From contig OZ316896.1 in NCBI GenBank assembly GCA_973895155.1, positions 3,882,738 through 3,946,737 of the forward strand: a stretch of 64,000 nt of DNA, in the 5' to 3' direction. Source of the stretch: Marsupella aquatica (Eukaryota > Plantae > Marchantiophyta). Below the pieces are notes generated by a model, which saw only the letters and a program-made list of their open reading frames with translations, was not told the DNA's origin and did no database searches. A program made the position numbers and the translations under genes. Shown one piece after another: positions 53,507 to 63,061 of the stretch (positions are counted from its first letter, which is position 1; each line of letters starts with the position of its first letter).

Positions 53507-55693
53507 TTTACGTGATGGGCCCTCACAATTTTTTTGTTACAAACTAGGCCCCTTCAGACACCCTTTTGTCAGATGTTCTTATAATAATTCTTATAAGGAG
53601 TTTTAGCTTGGTATTATCACCAATAAGAGTTACCATAAATTTTTGAGTCAAACAGTCTGTGCGGAATGACAAACTACACCATGGGGGAACCGCAGAGTAA
53701 TGGCGGACGTCACGTATATTGCAAGTTCCTAAGTACGTGAAGCTTGTGGGGTTAACTTAGTGTATATTTTGGGGTACCATGTGCGATCCTAGCCTAATAT
53801 AAACACACCTGTTTTATAACATGAATATTCTAAATCTATTCTCTATTTTCAATATTAATGACCTATTTTACTTTAGAAAAGATGTATATTAGAGAATGTT
53901 TTACAAATATGGGTTTATAATACATTTTTTTGCTTCCTACGCTTTTTACAAATTTTGTTAATTTCTATGAAATATACATATTTTGGATCGCACGTGATTC
54001 CTAAGATTTTTGATAGTCAACCTCCCAAGACGTGAAGACAATATGATTCATGTCTTCAGGTTTGAATTCTACCTTACCATCCATCTTTAGGTTGCTTCAT
54101 GATGCAACCTATGCACTGGGTTTGCATATTAAATGTTGACATGTTCTTTTGTCTAAAATAGTATGGAATGAATACTCTATTTTTGGTCGTTGGCCCCTAC
54201 TGTAACATTCAGAATTGTCCAAGTGTGGAAGGAACCAAGGATCTTTTACTTTTGGCGTCTTGCCCTTGTTGCACAACTTTCAAAAATTGTCAAAGTGTGA
54301 AACAAAGACAACATGGAGTCAATTGTACCGGAAATTTTTGCTAGCCTACAAGAACTAGACTAAATGTTGTACAAACCCGCTATCATGTAATGACGAATTC
54401 TCAAAAACTCTATATTCATGTGAAGACATAATACATTGATTATGTCTTCAAGCATAGACATACATGCGATACACTATGACATGGCGCGCTGTGGAGTTGG
54501 GTGGGAAATGTACTGTTGACCATGCAATTAGGCACCATATTATAATAAGAATCATGTGTACGGAACCTACATATGGGGCCTATTTTATAACAGAGGTTTT
54601 GTAGGGCCCATCACATCTCTACATCCAAAGCATAGTTGACTGCAAGTTCCATACACTAAAAGTTAAAATCACTTAGCCAAAATATGTCAAGTTTGGTCAT
54701 AATAAATGCAATACCCTGAATAGAAGCAGCCACTTGCTCCATTCCTTAGACAAAAAGCATGTATACATCAGCAAGAAAACTGACCCACAAGGGGCCCATT
54801 GACACATGATCGACTAGGTTTGGTAATGGATTTAATTGCCTGATTGTTACTTCATGTAAACTGAGGTCTGGCCTGTTCCAAGCCACATTTGAATGGCTAG
54901 GATTGCATCTCACACATAGAAAAAAATCAACTTACTGCAGCCCCAGTTCTTGTAAAGCCCCCCTGAATAAAGACCTTATTATTACTACTTAGCAACAGAG
55001 GTTCCCAATTATCACATTGGAGTGCACAGTGATCCTTGATCACCTTTGATTACACAGTTATTGTGATCTCTTTTACTTAGAGGGTTTTGAATGCTTCTAT
55101 ATGTTATGTCCATTACAAACTTGGTAGGGAGACACTTCTAAAAATGATTTAAGGGGGTTACTAGAAACTTGGATAAAAATTAAAAATAAAAACGTAGAAT
55201 GGGGGGAACCACATCTATTTCACATGGATTAAACTACAAAGAAAATATATGCATAGGATGAATCAGAAAGTAAACAAGGACAAATGAATTGACAAATGCT
55301 CTGAGTGAGCAGGTTAGATGCCTTGTCTATAAGGGGACATCTAATTTTCTTTTTCTCGGGGAATTGTGATTGTAGAGCTTCTTTATTAAAGCCCCGAGCA
55401 CAATAATGGCGACAACACAAGGACACTTTCCACAAAAGAACTTTGGAAATTCCAAAAATCACTAAATATTATTATTTTAATAAAAAGGGGGCGACATGAC
55501 GCGTGGCTGCGCGTGAAACCCTGAAAATGACTGCAACGTCACATTTTAACCAATCCAACTTGACGGGACAAAGAGACATGTTCATGCGAATAATAATAAT
55601 AATAATAATAGAGAAATAAATCTTTGAGATCCTTTATATATGATAACCAGTATATAAGGAGTTTACAAATGGTTTCTAGAACGACAATACAAA

Positions 55694-56422
55694 TTAATCT
55701 GATCTCATGCCGACTATTATTTTGGAAGTGTCCAAAATTGGGCGTCTGTTAAATTGCTCTACTAGATATCTATCTCCATGCCTCTGAATCACAGGGTCTT
55801 CCCATAGAGTATGATTATAATCATAATCTCTAAAAATAGATTTAACTGACCAATCTGGATAATCTCTTCCATTGGCAATGACAAGCGGCTCACAAGAGTT
55901 TGCTAGCTTGCTAAGATACGGAATCAGCAAGTTAATCAGGAAACTGTCGTCGACCGACCCAAAATATTTGGGCGGAAATAATGATCCAACAACAGGATCT
56001 AAACAAGCATGAAATGCATCGGATTCGATAAGCATTATATTTTGCTGCAGATACGCCTTCGTATAAATTCCAACCTTCTCAAAACACTTCAAAAATATCC
56101 GCTTATTTGATGTCACCCCATCGCATAAGTAACAATGAGACTGATCCCAAATATACTTAAATGAGGCCATTTCCATCGCAGTAAAAATAGATGCTAAAAT
56201 CTGATCTAAAAGGTTCTTCCCAAGAGAGGACCAGATCCCTACATCAAAATTCTCAAAACAGAATCTCAAGAATTCGTGAAGATGAGGCCTTGGAAAAATG
56301 TATATATTCCCAATCCAAATTCCAGTTGAGACCGCCATCAGTCGGGAATGCGGTGCAGTGTAACAGAGTAGATGCTCCACGTCTAAAACTATGAGCCCAT
56401 TTTCTCTACTGCAATGAATCTC
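55694..56422 (-). CDS. FCP1/NIF HAD-phosphatase-like domain 3 (terminal exon; degenerate active site)
   Basis: LIVLDVEHLL...PRPHLHEFLRFCFENFDVGIWSS...YIWDQSHC...FLK...NIMLIESD. Acceptor TCTACAG|56422. Confidence 0.8.
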   Translation of the reverse strand, partial: EIHCSRENGLIVLDVEHLLCYTAPHSRLMAVSTGIWIGNIYIFPRPHLHEFLRFCFENFDVGIWSSLGKNLLDQILASIFTAMEMASFKYIWDQSHCYLCDGVTSNKRIFLKCFEKVGIYTKAYLQQNIMLIESDAFHACLDPVVGSLFPPKYFGSVDDSFLINLLIPYLSKLANSCEPLVIANGRDYPDWSVKSIFRDYDYNHTLWEDPVIQRHGDRYLVEQFNRRPILDTSKIIVGMRSD

Positions 56423-56514
56423 CTGTAGACAAACACAAGAAGATGCATGAGCCCGTATGGATGTAGTCACGCGAATGGTCGCGTCACATATTACAGAGAA
56501 AACATCCTCTACAC

Positions 56515-57216
56515 TCTGGCCATTGATAAGTGACGTCTGTTGAAGTGCTTGATAAGAACTTGATCCGCATGTCTCTGCACGTACAGATGCTCCCATATAT
56601 CCTCGTTCAGATCCCAATCTCGATGTAGATTTCTAATCGACCAGATGGGATAATCAAACTTGTTAGCGAACGCAAGACAAAGCCCTGAATTTGATAGCTT
56701 TCGTAAATATGGAATGAGGTCATCCCTCAAAAAGACATCATCCAACGATCCTTGAAACGACTTAGCGAACAATAATCCGCATACAACTGTCTGGCATGTA
56801 TGGGAAGGACAGACATCAATCTGGATTATATTCTCTGGTCGATAATCTTGAAACATATCACATAGTCTCTCGATAGATTTGAAGACAACAGTCTTATAAT
56901 TTTTCTTCACATAACCAAGATTCCAGCAATGATCCCGCGTGAACACATATATCAACTGCGACAGGTCGGTGCTCGACAACACTTCTGAAAGTATCTGATA
57001 AACCAGTTTATCGTCGAGAACAGACCAGACCATCACATCAAAATGATCATAACAGAATTTTATAAGATCATGAAGATGCGGCCTCGGAATGACACATAGA
57101 GATCTGATACGAATTCCGGGTGCCGACTTGAGCTGAGGAGTATATTTTGAAATAGAGCACAGGAAGTTTTCCAGTCCTAAAACTAGAAGTTGACGCGACT
57201 TGCTCCACTTAGACAC
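56515..57216 (-). CDS. FCP1/NIF HAD-phosphatase-like domain 2 (exon; nucleophile Asp lost)
   Basis: LLVLGLENFL...PRPHLHDLIKFCYDHFDVMVWS...VFKSIERL...PENIIQID. Acceptor TTTACAG|57216. Confidence 0.8.
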
Positions 57217-57341
57217 CTGTAAATGAACAATTTGATTATCATATTATGCAATTGCAAACAACCACGCGACCGGGCGCGTCACTCCCAAAAGTTCAATTTC
57301 AATCAATTTATAAATAATAATTGATAATAAACAATAAACGT

Positions 57342-58247
57342 TTACTTATTGGACTTATCCCGGGCTTCTATAGCACGGTCTTTTTTGGCAGATAAGTATT
57401 TCATAAATTCGTCAAACTTTTCTAAATGGTCTTTATTCCCCTGATTACAAATGATCACGTTTCTCCTCCAAAGATTCGTCTTATCAATATAATCTTTCTC
57501 AAGATTTTCTTGAGAGAACGTTGGAATCCCATATCCACTAAGGAGCTCGCGGAATGTCAACTTGTCAATTGACATGTCGCATAGATATGGATATAGTTTC
57601 TTTCTAAAAAATAGGTCATCATCGAGCCCAGAATATGCATCGGGATACAGCGATGAATAGAAGTCATTAAGGCTCATCTTATATGCAGCATCATCGATAA
57701 GAATGACATTCTCGATGTTGTAATCTTTAATATCGGCGGCAATGTCCGAGAGACATTTGACAAATAAAGGGATGTCATTATTATTCTTCCCAATAAGTTG
57801 AGTTGATTCTTGTCCCCATATAAATTTAATACGTTTCAAAACTTCGGGTCGAAGTATCAGCCTTACACAAGATAGAATATTCCGTTTGAACATGCACGAC
57901 CAGATCGCAATGTCGTATAGATCTGCCACCTTCTCAAGAAATTCCATTAAATCAGGCCTTGGATAGATAACCTTGTGCATCTGTCTCACACCCCTTGACC
58001 GAATGGGCATCCCAGGGCTAATCTTCTCTGACCAGATAAGTACCCGATTCAGATCGAAAATTACAAGTCTCTTCTGAACCGGTGACTTCTTTGCCGATGG
58101 ATTAGGCACCATCCGTACCTGTGATTTTTGTGCCGCAGGGTTTGGAGAACGTACTAGAATGGTCTGTTTGTTTCCCGCCTCTGGACGATCACCGGACTTC
58201 CGGACTGGTGCCTTCGATACTCGATCAGGGGGTTTCGGGATAGGCTT
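57342..58247 (-). CDS. FCP1/NIF HAD-phosphatase-like domain 1 (exon)
   Basis: KRLVIFDLNRVL...PRPDLMEFLEKV..LYDIAIWSC...FIWGQE...ENVILIDDAAYK, the DLNx-type FCP1-homology subfamily pattern. Acceptor TTTTACAG|58247 is in frame with the 57342-58112 ORF. Confidence 0.85.
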   Translation of the reverse strand, partial: KPIPKPPDRVSKAPVRKSGDRPEAGNKQTILVRSPNPAAQKSQVRMVPNPSAKKSPVQKRLVIFDLNRVLIWSEKISPGMPIRSRGVRQMHKVIYPRPDLMEFLEKVADLYDIAIWSCMFKRNILSCVRLILRPEVLKRIKFIWGQESTQLIGKNNNDIPLFVKCLSDIAADIKDYNIENVILIDDAAYKMSLNDFYSSLYPDAYSGLDDDLFFRKKLYPYLCDMSIDKLTFRELLSGYGIPTFSQENLEKDYIDKTNLWRRNVIICNQGNKDHLEKFDEFMKYLSAKKDRAIEARDKSNK

Positions 58248-58333
58248 CTGTAAAACATTAAGAAATGAAAATAAGTTTATAACGCGAACGGTCGCGTGAC
58301 TACAAAGAGAGATACTGAAATGAAGTGTATTAC

Positions 58334-59122
58334 CTATACAAGACGGTTGTTTAGTGCTGGAATTCCGCCGGAAATGTCAATCATAGCAGCACGGATCCCG
58401 GTAACTAGGTTACTTGCGGACGTCGGCTTGCGGAAGTCCATGTCAAATAACGACAAGACTATCTCCCTACGGAATTTCTCAATTTGATCCGCGGCAAAAT
58501 TAATTCCGTTTCCTTGACACAAGCACTTGGCGTATCTCAAGATAAACACACCACAACTGTGGCCGTCACTCTGGTGAGGAATATCATTCCGATATATCCA
58601 TTCCCAACCTGAGAGATCCAAGTTGACACCAGTTCTCCAGCCAATTTCGTCGGCGTAGTACTTCCCAACAATATCTAGCACCCCAGGATTTTGTCGATTA
58701 TGAACTAGAGAATCTAGGTACTCCAGCCGTTTCTCCTTTGGATACAAGACTACCAATGACCAATGTTCTTTCACAGCATTGTGTACTGGAAAGACCAGTT
58801 TCTCGTATTCACTGATTTTTAGCGGAAACTCCTTTGTCCAAGCTGCTCTCTCCTCGTCGAAAATGGTAGGATCCATGGAGAGAAGCTCAAAATGGTGTGT
58901 TTGGAAGAATTTGACAAGGTCTGACTTTCCAACTCTATCGAGAATCAGTTCGAGAAAACTCAAATAAGCGTTAATTATATCATCGGTGAGCAACTCGCGC
59001 GGTCTCAGACACATCATATGTTTTCTCTTGATCGAGTGTTGTAAGAACTTGGTCAATAGCTCTTCCATATCCTTAGAAGGATCAAGGCATTGATCTATTC
59101 GACTAGCCAAATTTTCAAAAAA
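58334..59122 (-). CDS. Ulp1/SENP-like SUMO protease domain (peptidase C48), exon
   Basis: CLRPRELLTDDIINAYL, FPVHNAVKEHWSLVV, YLDSL, PHQSDGHSCGVFIL. The His-Asp-Cys triad and oxyanion Gln are intact. Confidence 0.92.
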   Translation of the reverse strand, partial: FFENLASRIDQCLDPSKDMEELLTKFLQHSIKRKHMMCLRPRELLTDDIINAYLSFLELILDRVGKSDLVKFFQTHHFELLSMDPTIFDEERAAWTKEFPLKISEYEKLVFPVHNAVKEHWSLVVLYPKEKRLEYLDSLVHNRQNPGVLDIVGKYYADEIGWRTGVNLDLSGWEWIYRNDIPHQSDGHSCGVFILRYAKCLCQGNGINFAADQIEKFRREIVLSLFDMDFRKPTSASNLVTGIRAAMIDISGGIPALNNRLV

Positions 59123-59257
59123 CTGCAAAAAAACAGAAATTTCAGAACGCCTTCAAATAACGTACTGAGGTTGTAGCCTAAGGGTTGTAGCCTCAGAAAA
59201 CAGAAACAATAACAGATCAATAATAAAATAATGACGTCTATAATAGAAACTTTAAGC

Positions 59258-61119
59258 TTATAGCTTGCGAATGACCTTTGGATTGGGTGGATCCGGCCTT
59301 TTCGCAGCTGATCTCTTGGGTGCCTCAATCGCAACAACATCCTTCAGCCCTCCTCGAGACCGCAGTGATCGCTCCACCGGACCAGTTTGCGAAGGTTGGA
59401 GCGATGAGGCGGGAAGACCTTCAAATGGTTGTGGCATTTGATTCAAATATTCCACAATCTGGGAATCCGATTCCAAAATATCCGGTGCCACAATTTCTGT
59501 GCGAGTCACCTCTACAATATATTGGGGTCGAGACCACGAACCCGATCGCGTCAAGTCAGCTGTTAGTCTCTTAACAACTTGAGCCGAGTCTGGTGCCAAA
59601 AACATTCCCAGGTCTTGCACTCGATTCTTGGAAAAGCGCACATTATTGATGATTGTCTCCATTCTGGATGCAGTGGCAGTCTTCTCCTCGGTAATCAAAA
59701 GACCCTTCCAATATTGCAAAGCAAGGAGTGCCTGGACTCGGAGCTGCTCCGGTGAATATTTATTCCAATCATCCAACGAGACCGTACTTAAGGGTGGATC
59801 GTTAAATTCAAACTCCGGGCGAAGAAAATAGTCTAATATTTTCTTCTTAACTGCAACTGAGGGTGAAGAAGGCTTCTTAAAATTCAGCCTTATTTTCGGT
59901 AGACGTTGTGCCTCAGGAATAAGCGAAAGATCCTTGGCCCTCTCGGCCTCCTTCCTCGCTGCCTCCAGTCTTGCGGCTTCTTCTCTCTCCAGTCTTGCGG
60001 AATCCACCTTTTCTGCCTCCAACTTCTCCGCCTCCACCCTCTCCGGTCTTGCGGTCTTGTCCGCCATCCTCTCGGCCAGAAGCCTCTCAGCCGCCTCACT
60101 CTCCGCCTTGGCCCTATTTTTGTCTGTCACTAAAAGGACTCTCGCAGCCTCCGCTTTCTCAGCCTAGGCTTTCTCCGCCTGGGCTTTCTCAGCCTGGGCT
60201 TTCTCCGCCTGGGCTTTCTCAGCCTGGGCTTTCTTGGCATCCGCTTTCTCAGCCTGGGCTTTCTCGGCCTCCGCTTTCTCAGCCTGGGCTTTCTCGGCCT
60301 CCGCTTTCTCAGCCTGGGCTTTATCAGCCTGGGCTTTCTCAGCCTGGGCTTTCTCAGCCTGGGCTTTCTCAGCCTGGGCTTTCTCAGCCTGGGCTTTCTC
60401 GGCCTCCGCTTTCTCAGCCTGGGCTTTATCAGCCTGGGCTTTCTCAGCCTGGGCTTTATCAGCCTGGGCTTTCTCAGCCTGGGCTTTCTCGGCATCCGCT
60501 TTCTCCGCCTGGGCTTTCTCCTTCTTCTTCGCGGCAGTTGCTTTTCTAGCTGTTGCCTTTTTCTTCTTAACCTCCTTCTTTTGAAGCTGCTCTTGCCGGG
60601 CCGCCTCTTGTCGGGCCGCCTCCTCCTGCCGGGCCGCCTCCTTCTTTTGAAGCTCCTCTTGCCGGGCCGCCTCCTGCCGGGCCGCTTCCTTCTTTTGAAG
60701 CTCCTCTTGCCGGGCCTCCTCCAGCCTGGCCTCCTCCTGCCGGGCCGCCTCGTGCCGGGCCTCCTCTTGCCAGGCCTCCTCCTGCCGGGCCGCCTCCTCT
60801 CTGGCCTCCTCCTTCCGGGCCGCCTCCTCTTGGTCCACCTCATGTCGAGGCTCCTGTGTGGCCTCTTCATCAGAGTCCTCAGCGTCCTCGGAACCCTCCA
60901 TCTCCTCGTCCTCTTCATCAGCGTCCTCAGCGTCCTTCATCTCCTCTCCGTCACTCTCTTCATCTCCTCTATTGTCGGAATCTCCGACGTCGTTCTGCGT
61001 ATCTGTCATCCACTCTGGATCTTGGTCATTGACATCCCCATCCATGTCACCTTCCCCCTCACCATCCGCATCACCATTGCTCCCTGCATCCTCAACATTG
61101 AAACCGCAGTCGACTTGAT
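59258..61119 (-). CDS. Exon with acidic tract, EEAARQ and AEKAQ helical repeats and an unknown domain; one premature TAG at 60164-60166
   Basis: Acceptor TATTCAG|61119 is phase-compatible with donor at 61238. ORFs 60164-61045 and 59258-60130 share a frame and are separated only by GCC-TAG-GCT where the repeat has GCC-CAG-GCT. Confidence 0.75.
60150..60830 (-). repeat. Coding minisatellites: 15-bp AEKAQ array (~60150-60520) and 15/18-bp EEAARQ array (~60590-60830)
   Basis: Plus strand (GCTTTCTCAGCCTGG)n and (GCCGGGCCGCCTCCT)n-like units. Confidence 0.95.
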
Positions 61120-61237
61120 CTGAATAAAATCAGATCATTTGATAAGAATGACTCACGCGTGAAAAGAAATGTTATGAATATCCACGCACATGTTCGCGTG
61201 ACGCAATAAGAAGTAAGAGGTTTCAAAAGTAACTTAC

Positions 61238-61559
61238 CTTGGATTGGCCCACTAGGGTACTCTGTTGGTCGAATATACAATCGATCGAAATCTTCAGAGA
61301 GTGCATACTCTTGCAATAATTGATTACAAATATTATCAGGGATATGTTGTTCATGGAGGACATCCAAAACATCAGCCCTGAGAGCAGTTACGGATGGACG
61401 GTACTTCATTAATTTATCTATATATTTTTCTATACTAGCCCGTACTGGGTCAATCAATGACAGCGTTGTATCAATTGTCGTCGTGGTGTGTTGCAAGAAA
61501 CAAGACAACTCCCTATGCGTTGCCACAGGGCAGTAATATTTTACATTGGATCCAGCATC
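61238..61559 (-). CDS. Internal exon of the giant gene
   Basis: Acceptor TTTTACAG|61559, donor CAAG|GTAAGT at 61238. Translates DAGSNVKYYCPVATHRELSCF...GPIQ. Confidence 0.75.
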
Positions 61560-61659
61560 CTGTAAAAAAAGCCGAAATTAGTTCACAATATTAATTGAGA
61601 ATATAATAATCTAAATAATCTTAAAATCGAAACCCCAAAATATAAATCTCAAAACTTAC

Positions 61660-62962
61660 CATTAAGCACTGGATCAAGTTCGTTCCCTCACCGAAGCATA
61701 TAGCCCATTCCCCACATTAGACGAATTGACTAACAATACTTTCAAAGAATGGAAGTATCTTTTCTGGGGAAGGTGTCATGAACTCGTCGCTCTCTTCAAA
61801 ATTGGATATTTTTTCAATCTGATATTTGGAGACCAATTGGAACTCTAGGGCTTGTGGATCGCTCATTGTACTGAAGGCCAAGCTGTGAAAAGCGTAGGTT
61901 ACAATAAGCTTCTTCTCCTTCGGCCTCTTCTAAATATAATGGCTATCGACAGCAACGTAGTGTGTGTACTTCCCTAATTCCCGTTTGATTAAGTAAGACT
62001 CAACGGGAGAGGCTACAATAATAACCACATGGTGTGGTTTTGCCCCTATCTCGCTAGTAGCACGAAATAACCCCTCAGAATGAGCAATTTGGCGGACGCA
62101 AATCTCCCATTGATGAGGGATCAAAATAAATCAAGCTCGCAAGGTTCTTGTCTTCACGTATGATACAGTCTGCAAACCCAGCATTTTGTATATCCTGCAG
62201 GGATCGCAATTTCAGCCTCTCACCGACCGGCCGCACTAGTTGGTTTCCTTGACTATCAACTGATTTCTGTATTCCTTCCACCAACCTGTAGAATATAGGG
62301 TCGATCTCCTTCAACAAATTATCATTACTAATATTTACATTTAAGCACTTCTTCAGATAACCACTCAACGCATCTCTCAACTGCTTCAGCACCATCTTGT
62401 CGAGCTTAAAGCGATCAATCATTCCTTTGACCCGCAATTTCCGCGCTGAATCTGTCAGACTTTTCAGCTCCGTCCGGGTGGATGTTTCCCCATTGAGTTT
62501 ACTCAATAATAAAATCTCAAACTCAACTTTCATCTTCTTCTTTATACAGAATTGCTCCAAACTCATGCTGGTCGTTGACAACACTCGAGCCTCAGAGGAC
62601 TTCCTCGCCTTCCCAGATTTCACTTTGATGCTTTGGTTTTTGAGTATAGACAGTCTTCCGCTCAACATATATTCCGCTGCCTTTCGAAGAACCGAGTCTG
62701 AGCACCCTTGACAAGAACGGAACGTCTTCTTTAGAAGATGATAAGCACATGGATTATCCGCAATTTTGACGGTGTCCCTCTGTAAAATTCTGTTGTAAAT
62801 TACAAGCTCTCCTGTCCTTGATAGTTCATAGACCTCCATCCACTTCTTGAATGTTTCGTCCTCCATTGTAAAGAGAAACGGAGCCAATTCTCCAAATTTC
62901 ATCATTTCGTTCTTCCCCATTTGAGCCCATGGGCAGACAAAACTCGTAGCTCTCATAAATAC
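61660..62962 (-). pseudogene. Exon with a helical region plus a degenerate beta-class N4/N6 DNA-methyltransferase-like domain (1 frameshift, 2 stops)
   Basis: Acceptor TTTTTCAG|62962, donor ATG|GTAAGT at 61660. LASLIYFDP(frameshift)HQW...EKILPFFESIVSQFV*CGEWAICFGEGTNLIQCLM follows the motif IV ... X-I order of permuted amino-MTases. Confidence 0.5.
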
Positions 62963-63061
62963 CTGAAAAACAATGGAAACATGACAATTCTAAGCTTGAC
63001 GCGACCATTCGCGTGACAAAAGTTTATACGATAATGTGATCGAAGAGGGTTATTTATATAC

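Larger units (their letters stand above)
55499..63014. promoter_or_regulatory. Six copies of interrupted palindrome ACGCG-N6-CGCGT at 55499, 56469, 57264, 58282, 61184 (1 mismatch) and 62999
   Basis: Read directly from sequence. All copies lie in predicted introns or the 3' flank of the giant minus-strand gene. Function unknown. Confidence 0.8.

Noticed and set aside
56423-56617. N-terminal part of the 307-aa ORF (55694-56617)
   Set aside because: It overlaps the previous exon in another frame and crosses a predicted intron containing the palindrome; the real exon likely starts at 56422.
59890-61123. Overlapping ORFs rich in RRP/KPRLR, SAWAF, PGLSQ and LLPGR
   Set aside because: Alternative-frame shadows of the coding minisatellite; only the EEAARQ/AEKAQ frame links by splice phase.
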